Source of the DNA: Rhina ancylostomus
Lineage: Eukaryota
Length of the DNA: 64,000 nucleotides
Assembly: GCA_030265395.1 (NCBI GenBank)
Contig: JARFYF010000017.1
Span: 29,077,681-29,141,680, forward strand
Direction of reading: 5' to 3'
Below, one piece after another: positions 24,816 through 38,964 of the stretch. The number at the start of each line of letters is the position of its first letter. The stretch's first letter is position 1. The position numbers and the translations under genes are program-made. The notes under the pieces are model-generated. The model ran no database searches. It was given only the letters and a program-made list of their open reading frames with translations, and had not been told where the DNA came from.

Positions 24816-27145
24816 TGCAAGGCATATTCTGTATCAGATGATCTTCTAACTGACAGAAAACTTTAGGCCTCATCCACAACAGAATTTTACTGCAAGGGTG
24901 TCTCCCATTAAACGAGAGCAACTCCTCTCCTCTGTCTCTCCGCAGCATCACTTAAGACATTCCCTTAAGTGCCAATTTAATTTGTAGGCCAGCACCTCCG
25001 CACTCAACAAAGTGTGCCACAGAAATTGTTATTACAAGTCCAACAATGGTATATGGCAATATACCATGATGAAACAAAATTAATTGACATAGTTTATTTC
25101 ATCCAGTTCTGCAATATTAAGGTAAGTGAGTTCTTTTAAGATCATGGGTGTACAGTGTATATGCTAACATTAAAAGGAAATCACTAGCACACAAACCTAT
25201 GATGCCATTGTGTTTAAATTCTTTACAGTTTCTTTGTGACAATGAACTAAAGAACAATAGAGGTATGAAAGGTACCTACCCATTCATTGTAAATCATTAA
25301 TACACAAAAATATTTCAGTTTGATTCTTTATAAAGGAAGATTGAACACAAATGTTAAATATATCTAGCATTTAATAACTTTTTATGTAAGATTACCGAAC
25401 CATCTCAAATTTCAAAAATTATATGTAATGGACACTATTACATGTATGTGATTGGCTTATATGTAGATATATTTTCCAGTGAAGCAATACAATGAAAATG
25501 CAACAAAGCTGTCAGAAAACACATTTATATTCTGTTACATGCCTGCTGATTACAAAGTATAGAAAGTTCAGTTGTATCTTAATTATTTTTTCCAGCATTA
25601 ATTGAACATGTCTCTTAGAGTCAATCTCTGAGTCTTAGCTAAGAAAAATTCCAGTAATCAATGTTGACTTGAGGATAAACTTAATTGTTCAATACTAAGC
25701 ATAAATGAAATAGCTTTTGCTCTTGGGATCCCACTGCCACTGGGTAATGAATGGAATTGTATCTATCATGCATGATGGAGTGACTTGTTTATCATACTTC
25801 AAAACAGAACAGCTTTTATTGTCAATGACAATTGAAGTTACGTATCAAAGTTACTATAATGCCCAAGCTATAATTAGTTGTTCAAACTATAAATGTTGGT
25901 ACTGATTGTATTATTCTGCAGGATATGACAGACATAATTGAAGAAAATTTCAAATGGCTGCCCAGCAAATAAGAAAATAGAATGGATTGAATATCACTTT
26001 TAAACAAAGTGGTAAAAGGTCAAATGACAGTTAACTTGCAAATTCCAATCTCCCTGCTTTCAGGGACAATTCCTATTAATTAGTATTGAATGAAAATAAA
26101 TGAATTTTGGTAGAGGAAGAAATCTTTTCAAATTTATGACCATTGCACACATGTATGGTTGCAAATGTATGTCAGCCAGGTAGGAATTTTTCTCTCTCAC
26201 ATCATTATTCATTATGCTATTTACGTAACATCATTTTTCTGTCATAGGTTTTAGTCTGTAATGTGTTGGGACTGTCATTAGTATTCATTAAGATGAGACT
26301 GTAGGTTATTTTAATATTAAATATTAGCCTATTACATCACATTTGATGACATTTTCTTTATAATCAAAACTGTAAAATGTACAGCTATATTTTCAGCTGT
26401 GAAATTAACTAACTTCCTCACACATTTTCACTAAATAAACACATTAGTCTGGAAAATACATGAGAAAGTGCACTAATACTTTTAATATGGTACCATAACA
26501 AAAGAAAAAGATGCCATAATAGACTGTGCTTAATTTCAATTGATTCTGATGGAGAACAGCAGCACAATGCATGGATTGCTACAGTGCCACAGTGACAACA
26601 CTCAATTGTAGAACAACCCAAAAAACTTCTGTTTGTTCTAAATTATCCATCAATTAACAGTTTAAAATGAAAGAAACATTGCCTTAAGAAAGTAATTGTT
26701 CTATTAGTATATTATTATTTTAAGAAGTGTGCCTGTGAGAGAAAACCACAAATTTTCTTTTATCTTTGATTTTTTTTCTTAACAGAGGAAGTTTAATTGA
26801 ATTTTCTTTATGCATAAATTGTGAGCACAGTTTGAAATTATTGCTAAGAAAGATCAATGACAGTAAGTTAAGTTTCCTTGCTATTGACTTTCAATCCTTT
26901 GAGTTTGAATTTATTTTAGAACATGAACAAATGTGGAGAAATCAGCAACTATTTCAGTGCCTCTCCAAACTTGTATCAGGACCAGCACTGAATCCTGGGA
27001 AGTCATTCATAAACAACGTTCCCTTCATTTTTGAACTAGCCTAGGCTATAACTGCTATGTTTTTTTTGGTCTAAACGTCTTGTTACAAATGTTCTATCAT
27101 ACAAGTTTCTCATTGAGCATCGTCTTGAGTAGAAACATAACATAC

Positions 27146-27273
27146 TTTAGATTTTGCTGGGGCTTTTATTGTCCAAATGCAGTCGATGGCTTCTCCAGGT
27201 TTTATTTTCCCCTCTTTTTCCACTTGACTGGAGTATATAATCCCATCAGACCCTGATAACTGAAACTGGCAAT
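27146..27273 (-). CDS. NETO2: NETO2 coding exon 6 (CUB2: [12 protein letters not shown]...[13 protein letters not shown])
   Basis: 128 nt, tctctag acceptor, phase-0 donor AAA|GTATGT. Confidence 0.96.
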
Positions 27274-27383
27274 CTAGAGAGACATAATAGTAAGATTTGC
27301 TCGAAAAAGAAGGAAAACATTGAGATGTTATTCAATTAGGCTAATGTTATAGGTTCATTTTGAACATGTAAGGGCTATCATAC

Positions 27384-27428
27384 CTGGAATAGGATTCAGA
27401 ATTCCACCAAGATAGATAAAATCAGGAT
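27384..27428 (-). CDS. NETO2: NETO2 coding exon 5 (DPDFIYLGGILNPIP linker)
   Basis: 45 nt, AG/GT flanked; near-identical to mammalian DPDFTYLGGILNPIP. Confidence 0.95.
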
Positions 27429-30154
27429 CTGCAAAAATAGGATAATTTGATTGTTTTGTCAATTTAAGTGACATTAATTCAACCAACATTTGAGTTTAAA
27501 ATATTTTACTTTACTTTGAAGGGAACATGACATGAAGGGAACTGGTCATGGTTTTAAAAGACCAATCACCACATCCCTGGGACATTGTTATTCTAGTTTC
27601 CTGGGAACGTAATTGGTCACAGGAATATTTAGTCAACATTCAGATTAGGTTGACATGACATAGAATATTCATAGCACATGTTCAACATATCCTCTACCAC
27701 TAATATCTTGGGGTTGTTTTTGATTAAGAAGCCAGTATTACCAACTTTAAATCTGTAACAGCAGATTTCATACAGGATAACTTTGACAAGTAGCTTGCTC
27801 ATTATCTCTCAAAGATTCTCCTCCATCAAGACAGCATTGCAAACCAATATTTACTACTTTCTTGACAGATAGGCTTTAACAACATAAAAAAAGCTTGCTA
27901 CCATCCAGGTCACAGCAATTCACTTGGTTTTTGTTGATACTCTGCACTCACTATTTAAAATAATGTGGTTGCAGTATATCATATCTGCAGCATGCATTAC
28001 TCCATCTTGTGAAAGATACCTCTAAAGCATCTGCCTCTCCATTAACCTCCTCCACAATATCATGAATACACCAGCATCTCCTAGCTCCCCTTCAAGTCAG
28101 ATAGCATCCTAGGAGGAACATATAACAGAGTTCCTTCTCTGTTGCTGGAACTAGCCACCTGACAACATTGTAGGGGTTTGATACATCCAGAAGAGAATAT
28201 CTGCTTATTATCCACTGGCATCTTTATTTCATCTTGTACTATCACCCCTTTTGTCACTTAATCTTTCCTGCCTTTCACTGGATCACAGACCTTCCCTTTT
28301 TTTCTCTCTCTCTTTTCCTCTCTCCTTTTTCTGGATCTTAAAACATCTTCAATCTTGAATGTTTCTGAAACATTAACTCTGTTTCCCTTCCCACCATGTT
28401 GCCTGACCTGCTGAGGATTTCAACATGTTCTGCTTTTATTTCAGATTTCCAGCACCTGCATTATTTTATTTTTGTATCTGTGTGGGAGCATAACCTCCAT
28501 CTGAGGGCTGGAATAACTGGTATTCTACACTGATGAGAAACATAGACTTAGACATGAAGGAGGTTTATAAGATGGTGAAGGGACTATGATTGGTACCTTC
28601 ACTTTTTGACAATAATGAGAAGCTGCACATCACATTTGGCTTAGGGATTTAGTCCTTTGTCAGAAAATGTCTCCAGATTTAGCATGCTTTTAGTGAATGC
28701 AATTTTGCTGAAATTATTGATGTCTGTCTGTCTGCCTGTCCATAACTGAGCAGTCAGTAGCTGGTTCAATGTTCATATGGATATGCTGATCATTAAGTTT
28801 ACTTTAATATTAAAATTACTGCATTTCCCATTATTACCACTAATAGTATATATGCAGGTTAAGTTTTACATTTTTTGTCTTTCATCAGCTTCACTATTGT
28901 ATAAGTCACTCATTTGTGGCTTTCTGTAATGTGTCCCCTTTAAATTAAGAACCTACTTGGGGGTCATTACTCAGGTTTGCTGTCTTGGTCTGGTCTTACA
29001 CATACTATATGCCACTTCTTCTTGAAATTAAAGTACTTCACTGCTCTGATGTGGCATACTCATGATGGATGAAAGTAACTGCTTTCACTACCAGTCCTGC
29101 CATTTGCACTAAAGTCACTCACATTATTAACTTTCCACAGCAGCTGAAATTCTTCAGCATGTTTGGAAACAATAACTATCGATGTGGTGATTTTAAATGC
29201 ACGCTTAAACTATAAATCTTGTGTATTTAATTACTTAGGTTGAACTTGCTTGCCATTTAAAGGGGACACAAATTTGTCTTGCAGTTGTCACTTCAGGAAT
29301 ATGTCAAGATTACAGTGAAGAGACATATTCTTCAACACAACAGTAGCATAATCAATGGTCTCTTTGGTTTCTGGTTCTGAATTTCTCCAAATGGTGCCAG
29401 TTTAAAGTAATTCTACAGTCTCTATAACCACCTCACTGAATTAAACATCCTTTGTTTTGTTTGCCACCAGAAGCTAAAGTGCATTTCCAACTCTTTCTCA
29501 ATCAGAAAAAAATGCTTTCTTGTGTTCTCATATGGCTGTCTTGAGCAGTTACTTTCACCCTCACTGTCACTTTCATCAATATTGTTTACCCTGAAGAATA
29601 TTTCCATCTCTTCTACTGAAGAGAACATGTACACTCTCATCAACACCATGGTTCCTGGATTGGGTGTGTGAGCTCCTGCCTCGCATTGTTCCTGTTTTAA
29701 CAGTTACAAAGCTTACTCTCGACAATCAGAATGCCCTGCCCTTTATTTCTCCTGTGCTTGAGTCTGAGCCCTAGTCTTGTCATTTTTGGTCTGCACATTC
29801 AGGTTACTGTGGCAAATTGTAAGTTTCCAGATTTGCCCCAACTTCTATGAGGATACAGTTACTTGATGTATTCAACGACATTTCAAACAGATTCAATCTT
29901 TTTTCTCTTACCACATCCTCATCACCTGTATAAGGCATATGCCATGTGGGTGATGGTCCATTGTGAAATCACATGCAAATTTTGCAGAGTTACATGTTGA
30001 ACACAAGGAGCTCCAAAAGGTGTGTCAGGTTATTTGAGGTTTTTCCTCAGACTGTTTATATGTGCATAATGATACACATATGATCAAATGTGTCATGCAG
30101 TGACATTATACTTATTTACTTAGACCACAATACACATTATGGTAAATTAGCTAC

Positions 30155-30403
30155 CTGGTACAAAAGTGTATTTTGCTCGAAATCCAAAACCTTCTAATTC
30201 TTCATCTGATGTAAATTTTACCCATAAGAATCTTCCAGATGATTTAATGAGTGACGGAGTTTGTTGACCACAGTAACGGTTTATGACATGAGAGAATCCA
30301 AATGGTCCATCCCTGATTTCCAAGTTGTCAAATCGACAGTCCCAGGAGGGTTCAATGCTATAGGGTTCATCAAAAGTGAGTTCAATTCTTTGGCGAGGGG
30401 CCG
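30155..30403 (-). CDS. NETO2: NETO2 coding exon 4 (CUB1: [14 protein letters not shown]...[16 protein letters not shown]...RAKYTFVP)
   Basis: 249 nt, tctgcag acceptor and G|GTAG donor; hand translation of the minus strand matches NETO2 CUB1. Not captured by the ORF track. Confidence 0.96.
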
Positions 30404-30552
30404 CTGCAGATACAACAAAATGCTAATAAATATAGTTCTCAAGAGGCTAGGATTACCTCAAGTTTCAAGGTTATTACAGGAAGAAGTAGTCTTATCATTT
30501 TCTGGAACATTGACACTGACACTGACCTTCAAGTAGGTAGAAATGACATTAC

Positions 30553-30693
30553 CTTCCAGAATATAGATGCATTCTCTATTGGGAGGGTAGGCATTCGGGT
30601 AATTTGGTGAAGCAAAATATCCGCCATTGTCATTCCGAACCCAAACTCCGCATTGTTTTCCTGACTTATGATGTGGTATGAAGTTCTGTCCCT
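30553..30693 (-). CDS. NETO2: NETO2 coding exon 3 (start of CUB1: [34 protein letters not shown])
   Basis: 141 nt, AG/GT flanked; CUB motif SPNYP..YPPN.EC.Y. Confidence 0.97.
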
Positions 30694-30999
30694 CTGTAAA
30701 ATGAAGTAAATTCACTTTACTTTGGTTTAAACTAAAAGCTCAGAGGCATTGTTTGTGGTTGGTTAGTATATGCTTGGGACATGGCTGTTGCTAAGTGCTA
30801 AATATAAAATGCATTGAACAGAGTTACATTGAATGCATTAGTTTGATTGCCCATATAACTCAGTGCAGGAATCACAGTGCAGAATACAGTCACGTTTGCT
30901 TCATTGCAGGCAGCACACCAACTTTATGATTAATGTGACTGTAGCATGTAATAGCAATGGCCACACCGTTGTTGTAGAAAAAAGGAGATGCGCTCTACT

Positions 31000-33900
31000 C
31001 ACGGAGGATCATGGGGCATCTTGATAAATTCCCAAAATCCACTGGACCAGATAATCATGGCAGTCAATGCTAGGACTTAAGCTTCAAGGACATGATTGTA
31101 GTGATACAAAAGTTCAATTACTTCATTCATGTAGTCATCAGAGAATACAATGTCAAATGCCATATATTAGCAACGGCATCAACAGCCATTGCGACTGTCA
31201 TATTTGTCCTATTTCCATACTAGCTGACCAATCAGATTCAGTTCTAACTTCAGTGGTTCATCTTCTCTCAGAGACTCACCAATATTCCAAGACTCACAAA
31301 TGGTGCACAGTGCTAGCTATTCAGGACAAAATGGTGTGCTTATGAAAACTGACCTGTATGTGAACCATATCAATACCAATTATGTCTAAGGCAAACAGAA
31401 CAGTGCAGCTCTGTGGTAATTACAAAGCCTGCTGAGTTGCTCCAGCACCATAGTGTTTTTCCATTACAAAGCCACACTGAATCAAGTTTAGATGATGAAC
31501 AATATTTGCCACCCACTTTGAAAGACTTTACATAGTTTTATCAGAATTACAAATCTGGACCTCTCTTGTACAATTCAATGACAGCAAAGCTAATCAACTG
31601 CATACAATTATCCTTTATCCTTGCAACATTTCAAAGACCTCTACTCATATATTAGGTTTCCCAATGGAATCATGTCTTTACCCAACATTTTCTGGGCTAC
31701 TGTGGTTAAAATATTTTATTGTTTGTGTAACTGAAATGATGTGTTGATTGCTGTGAGCACGAGGAGATTTCATGAGTGCAATGTGAAGTCGAAGAAAACA
31801 TGCCTTTGTAACAGAAGCTATATACTTTGATTTAAACCTGATGCCAATGGCCTGAAACCAGAGAAGGAAAAAATAAAGGCCATCGCTGCTATACCAAAGC
31901 TTGAAAATATAGTGGAGCTAAGGTTGTTCCTGAGGACAGTGCTTTCTTCCTGATCTTGTGACAGTGCTCACACTCATGCAGGTGCAAAATGAAGGTGGGG
32001 CCAGGAGCAACGAGCAAAAGAGGAGTTCAAGAAAATCTTAGTAAGTGAAGTTATTCGTTTGCTATGATATTCTGTGTGAGTTGAAATTGCCATGTGATGC
32101 TTATTATGGGATAGGTGTACTAAAATGTCACTTGGTACTCATTTGGTACTCATTGCTTTTGATCTTATTCCCTCAGAAGGTACAAGAACAATCACACACA
32201 AATGAGAAAGAAGCACCTTGAACAGAGTTTGGAATCAAGAAATACTGTCAGTTTTTACGAGGGAGATCCATTAAGCCAGCAACAGCTTATAAGCCACAAT
32301 TAGAAATATTAAGTCCTAAAACAATGAAACTTAATACATTGAAGTCAAGTCAGCAAAGATGGGGAGTCCTTCAATGACACTGAGTACAAGAATCTCAAGC
32401 AAATTGTCATTATGGATGCTCAGTCCTGTCTACCATATGAGAATGTCAATGTTGGAAGTCTTGAGAATTTTCTAGCAACTGTGTCTGAAATCACAAACAA
32501 GCCCAGAAAGAGTCAATGTTGAAAAAGATCCATGTTGAAAGGATGTACAGAATTTGGCCACTGTCCATAATCAGTGCATTGAGTTGTCATGTGAACAGAT
32601 AAGCATCAAGTTGAGTTATGGAGTGGTGATATCCAATACTTTAAGCAGCAATTTTGGTCAAATTTTATACTGAACACACATAAGCAAGCATGAAAGCAAC
32701 TGCAATAGGTATTGTTTACTGGTGCCATTTGGACAATGACCTCAAATCGTTGGTAGCCAAATGCTGAAATTGCCAAAATTATGGGAACAAACCAACCAAA
32801 AGTCTTTTATAGTCACAGTCATGGACTACCAGATCTTTTCAGACTATACATGTAGACTTTTGTGTAAAAGTGATGACTATTTCCTGTACCATGAGTCGAA
32901 GTGAGTTAATATGAAAATCTGGGTTTGTGTGTGAGTACTAAATATAATCTAGACATATATAACTGAATGTCATTGTTTACTGGCAGAGCATGTTTCTGAC
33001 GATAGCTCACAGTTTTGATCTACTTTGCAAATTTTAGGAAATGGAACAGTATCAAACATTTTTTTGTTTCTTCATATCATCCAGTTGTATATGGAGCACC
33101 AGGCAGGCTAATCAAAATAGCTAAAGAAGGTTTCAAAAGTAGTGTAGGGATACTTAAAACTCTGCATAAAACGTTGCTTCGTCAATATTCACTTGAAGAT
33201 CAGAACAACTCCTGACAATACTATGGGATGTCTACCTGCAGAACTGTCAATAAGATACTGATTGGTAATATGCTTGAAATTTGTTCAATCAAATTTAGTT
33301 TGACCGAACAAAATTTAAGTATATTGCCAAATTTGGTTTCAAGGACAGAAGTGATTGAGTCAGAAATGTTGTTGTGACACTTGTCAGAGAAATGCTGTTT
33401 TATGAACAAGGGCATTCATTTCCCAGCCTCACTAAGCAGATCAAACTCATACAAGTGGCAGGTAACAAATAGAGTGGTGGGTCGCAGAACCAAGTGATAT
33501 TTGGATAAAACTGGCGGTCAAAATGATCATGTGGATCAAATGATCTGGGCTAGAGATGATCTATGTCTGGATGTGAACCACCCCATCAGGGCATATGGAA
33601 TGCAGATTTCTGGAAGTGAAATATGAAATCCAGACAAATCTGACAAAGAACCAGAACCATCTTGTACTTCAAATCCAAACCAAACAATCCAATGGTTGAT
33701 ATGATATCAAAACCTGTAAGAAGAGCAGGAAGACTTCAAAAGCCAATCAATAGATGAGATTTGTTTAAAACCAATGTTTTCTAATTATATGAAATGTCTA
33801 TATTGATAATTTTTGATATTGTCCATAATGTTATAAAAAGGACCTCATTAATGAAAGTGTAAAAGGGGTATAGATAAAAAACATACTGATGTTTTAAAAA
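31000..33900 (+). mobile_element. Heavily decayed Ty3/Gypsy LTR retrotransposon pol remnant in NETO2 intron 2 (antisense to the gene)
   Basis: Ordered degenerate motifs: VQLCGNYK (RT, ~31403), KIKAIAAIPK..ELRLFL (~31870), CDA..GIG (RNaseH, ~32093), FGIKKYCQFLRGR, DA.S.LP, YW..LDND...V..C..CQ (integrase zinc finger), IHVDF, VSDDSSQF, YHP, TP...G..PAEL. Many stops and frameshifts; LTRs not confidently located. Confidence 0.8.
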
Positions 33901-36900
33901 AAGGATGAGCAGTAGAGTGTATCTAGGTACAGGGACAAACCATGATCCCATTGGAGACGAGAGTCACATCACGCATCTACTTTGCAACAATGCAACAAAG
34001 ACACTGAACAAGCAGTCTGCAGTAGAAACTTGAAGAATCAACACACTAAAAATTGAACGGACTTGCACTTATTTCTTATGCACAACTAGTACCAAAATCA
34101 ATTTAACCTGGTGTCAATCTCGCTAGTGATGTATTTCCTGTGAATTTGACCGAGAACTTCAGTGCACTATTTGCATTAGAGGACTTGATGTTTATCAAGG
34201 CACATGCGCAACCAGTGACAATATTATTAGTCAAAGTCAAAGTCAAGTTCATTGTCATAGGCACAAATACGTGTATGCACAGGTGCAATGGAAAAATTAC
34301 TTGCAGCAGCATCACAGGCACATAGCATCAGATAAGCAGCATCCATTTGCTTCCATACTGACATGAACTGGAGATAAAAAGGTGTCACCTATAATTTCTA
34401 AGGTTCAGTTTTGGTATAACTCTCAGTCATTATTTAAAGTGATACCCTGCAGAAATCAGGAGACCTAATGGGGAAGCTTCAAACTCATTGCAGACTGCTC
34501 TCATGTCTTTCACAGAATGTGATAACCCCAGCACTGAATGCCCTCTCCAGTATTTACTTACTGATGTACTCATTCAATTGGTGGCTCAAAAATGACCCTG
34601 CTCACTGCACTCCATTAGTAACATTTCTCAGTGAGAAATGGTAGGAACTGAGGTAACAACAGCAGCTGCCACACCAATGTCACTTATCTCTGCACCACAG
34701 CGGAAATTCTGTATTTATCTTCCTTTTTCATACTATTCCACTTTATTGGTATATTAAGAGAATTGCTTTTCAAGTCATAGCCAAATTTCTGAAGGGTTAA
34801 AGTATTCCTTAAGGGCTTGAAAGCTCTTTTGTATAAGCTGGGCTGAAGAGAATTGACAGGTATGCATAATGCAACGGGGTTGTGCATAACCGCCTAGAAC
34901 AGGCAACTGCATGCAGAAGGCAGCTATTGGGGGAATACGCAAATGTGTATAGTTGACGTTCCCATGCAATAATGTATTGCTTTGATTTATACCTTTGGTT
35001 GGAAATGTTTGTTTTTGTGGTTTTTACTTTTTACGTTATAGCCAAGGGGTTTCTCAGTGATAGTTGGAAACAGAGGGAAGGTAAAGTGGAGGACTACCAG
35101 GGAGGGTATCACAGTCGGATGAGTTGTTCATGCTTAGTCCAGCAAACAAAATGTGTCGTTTGCGTTATCTCCTCCTCCCTCCTCTCCTCCTGCTCCACAG
35201 CTGCACACCCAGCAGTTGGCAGCAAAGGTAGTGGCCGCATAATGAGAGGATTTGCACCATATGGAAGACCATTCGGAATCTTGGCACGTGCTCTGCTGGC
35301 TACTACAGGGATTCTCTACAGCATCAAGGCTGCAGACAACATATTTCATGCGGCACAATGGCTTTCACTGTATGTGCATATACACAGATCCCACTCTGGT
35401 GTCAGGAGCCAGATCACTGAGAGCAAGTATTTCCTGCCACTTACTCTTTGGCTTATTATTTCAGTGAAATGCATGTGGCACAGCAGATACCATGGAAGGA
35501 AGGCTGCCAGAATATCAGACAAAGACTGAATGTTGCTGCCTTTGGTCATCTAGCAACTGGACAATGTGGGAGTGGACACCCTCAGCAGGTCAGGCAACAT
35601 TTGTGGATAGAAAGCAGATCTAATGCTTCGTGTCAAAGACCCTTCACTGGATTTCAGCTCTGATGAGGGGTCACAAACCTGAAATATCACCTCTCCATTG
35701 GATGGAGTCTGACTCCATGGATGCTGTCTGACCTGCTGAATATTTCCACTATCTTCTGCCTTTAGTTTAGTTTGACAGAAGCCTCGAAAGCAAAAATTTC
35801 TTCACACCACTACCATGTCAACATTAGCAATTTTAAGGAACAACCAGAAGAAATCTATCCGGAGATAACCTTGAAGTAGTTAGTGATTCTTTTAACAGGT
35901 GCTTGTGGGGATACCTCTTGCTGTTGAACACATATTCAGCCATGTACTAGTTGAAGGGATAAGCTTCAAACTGGCAACACTGGGAATAAATTGTTGACGT
36001 ATGTCAGTTATCATCATGATCTGGCTACTCCGTGTACTTCCAGTGGACAAAAGCTTTGGCATCAACAATGTGAGGTCCGGCATGCCTTGTAGATGCATCA
36101 GGTGCCATTTTGCAACCAAAAAGCCACCCTGAAAAATCTGCATTTGTTTTGGAATCAACGTACATCCCTGAACTGCTAACATCCTATGGCATCAATGTGT
36201 CATTCTCAAGAGCAACCAGTTATACAATTAGTGTGAATGTGTGAAAATTAACAGAAAGAAAGCAGATAAAGGCTAGTAAAGAATCTGCACTTTAATAATG
36301 AGTCTTAGCGCCCTGTATTTTATAAAATGGCTATGGTTTGAATTTGATTGGTTAGAAGCTGAATTTTGAAGAATCAGATTTAAGTCTTCTGTTAGCCCTG
36401 TGGTTTTCTGAGATATACTAATTGTTATGACTTGGGATCAAGAGAAGGAGAAAATTTGTACAAGTAGAATTTAAGTGATATGATCAATTAAAATGGAGAG
36501 TCATAACAGTCTGAAAACAATTAACAAAAACATTTGGGAGAGTTTGGCCCATTTATTGAGGCAGAACTGGCAAGCCAACAAAACAGGGAATGGGAAAGAA
36601 AAGCCAGGGTGAAGGCATGAGTAAGCAGGTAAGGGATAGCAATTCCCTTCGTGCTAGTTACCAAGGACATTCTCCCTAGTCAGCATTGAATTATGCCAGT
36701 AAGGAGATGGAACCAAGTTTCAGATTGCAGCTTACCATTATCGTCACTGTAGGTGCCATCTCTATGTGCAGGGACGGCATAGTTCTGGAGCTGGCTCTCT
36801 GAAAACCTGGATCCTGTGAAGATAAGTCACCATGGTCACTGTCAGATAGATATGTCTAGGCTACTGCTTCTGATTGACAACATCTTGTTGGGTGTCAGCA

Positions 36901-37049
36901 ATCAGGTTATTCTGGCTGTTAATCATGTGGTTTACTTCCTTTTGTGTAGCTCCACTGAAAGTATAAGATACAGTGACTGGGAGTTCATTCAGAATTGTGG
37001 TTAGTCAGGCGTTCACATACTGTGCTGGTGCTAATCCAATCCAATAGAA

Positions 37050-37760
37050 TGATACAATCCAGAATGAGAATTTATGACTCATCTGGTCTTTAAAAAAGCT
37101 ATCTAGTTCGTCCCATTTCCCGACTCTTTCCCTATAGCCCAGTGAAATTTTTCCCTTCAGATAATTAGAGTTCCCTTTCAACTGTTACTATTTAATTTGC
37201 TTTTACTCTCCTTTCAAGCAGTGCATCCCAGGTTGTATCAACTTTCTTCATAACTTCCACTTTATGTCACCTTTTACCAGTGACATTAATCTGTGTCCTC
37301 TGGTTACACTTCATTCTGCCACCATAAACAATTGCTCATTACTTACTCTATGAAAACCATTCATGATTCATGACTTAATCAAGTTGCCTCATAACGTCTC
37401 TGTTCTAAGAACAATCCTAATGTTTTAAGTTATTATGAAGAATCTTTCAAACTATTAATAGAAACTGATGTGGTAGGTAGAAAGAATCTATTCACCTGGT
37501 GGGGAAATCTAATTTCAGAAGAATAATCTTAAATTCGAACCAGACACATCAGAAGTGAAGCTGGACAACCCTTCCATGTGCCCAAGCAGATGTACCAATT
37601 AATGCTCACTCAATTTTAAATATGAGCTTAGTAGACCTTTTTTTAATCAATTGCATCAAAAGATATGGGGAAAAGGCTGTTTGATTTATGATTCTATTAA
37701 ATGGCAGAACAGGATAGAATGGCTGAATGGCCTTCTCCAGTTTATTTATTCCTTTATTCT
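37050..37760. mobile_element. Old CR1 3' fragments in opposite orientations
   Basis: Degenerate CR1 tails (ctctttccctatagccc; gaatggctgaatggccttctcc). Confidence 0.5.
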
Positions 37761-38484
37761 TATGTCCTTAATTTTTTCCACACAACTAACACCCCTCAAT
37801 TTTGGTACCATTACAATAAGTATCTTACACATCCTCTCTAAGCTTGCATATCTTTTGAAAAATTATGTACGTCCACTCCCAATTCCTCTTTGTTCCTGGA
37901 TCTTTTTGTTAATATGTCTCTCGTTCTTTCTACCAAAATGAATCACTGAATGCTGCTAAAGTTCACCTGCCACATCGATGCATAATCATCACTTTGTTTG
38001 TTGGCCTGAAATAAATTACTGTCCATTGCACCTTTGCTATATTTCAAGGGTTCCTGTTACCTATAAATTTGAAATTGTGCACTGTGCATCTAAATCCAGG
38101 TCATTAAATGATAAAAAGAATAGAGCATACACAAATTAAAAAAAATCAGACAATCCTAATCAATCTTTCCTGTTATTTCATTGAGAACTTCAAACAAGTC
38201 AATTCAAGCAAAATTTTCGTTTTACAAATCGTGGCTGCTGGTTTTTACTTATATGGGATCCATATTTTTCTAAGTGTTAATTAATTTTGACTCAGATTAA
38301 TATCTTAAGGAGCCCATCACCAAATTTAGGCTGACTGACATGTAGTTGACACGTGTATACCTCGCCCATTCTGAACAGATGTATGTTATTTGCTGTTCCC
38401 CCTCCTACATTCCTCAGCATTCCAGAATGCATCCCAGCTGGACAGGGTGACTTTCTACACTGAGTGCTATCAAAGTTTTAAGTA

Positions 38485-38850
38485 GCTCATAGAGTCATAA
38501 AGTGACAGAAAATACAACATAGAAAATGGCCTTTCAGCTCACCGAGTTCACACTGGCCATAGCACCCATGTTTACACAAATCCTACCCAAGCCCATAATA
38601 TTCTCCCACATTCCCATCAACTCCTCACTAGATTCTACCATTCATCTAGACACTAGGGACAATTTAGACTGGCCAATTAACCTACCAACCTGCATTTTCA
38701 TTTGATGGGGCAGGAAACCAGAACAGCTGAAGGAAACCAACATGGTAACAGGGAGGACATGTAAACTTCCCACAGACAGCACCAGAGGTAAGGAACAATT
38801 TGGGTTACTGGAGCTATGAGGCAGCAGGTCGACCAGTTACACCACCTTGC
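38485..38850 (-). mobile_element. tRNA-derived SINE
   Basis: Closely parallels the copy at 20015-20355 (cactagggacaattta...ggccaattaacctaccaacctgca...cacagacagcaccagaggt). Confidence 0.8.
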
Positions 38851-38964
38851 CCCCAGATTTTCCTGATTTCACTTTTTGGAATAGAAGCTTCAGAATAAAG
38901 AGATATACAGGGCCACTAGCTGGCTCACATTCACTGCTGACCCATGGGCTGAGGAATGACCTGC

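Noticed and set aside
34972-36200. 185-aa ORF and faint Harbinger-like motifs (YFMRHNGFH)
   Set aside because: No recognisable domain or splice structure; motif similarity is too weak to call.
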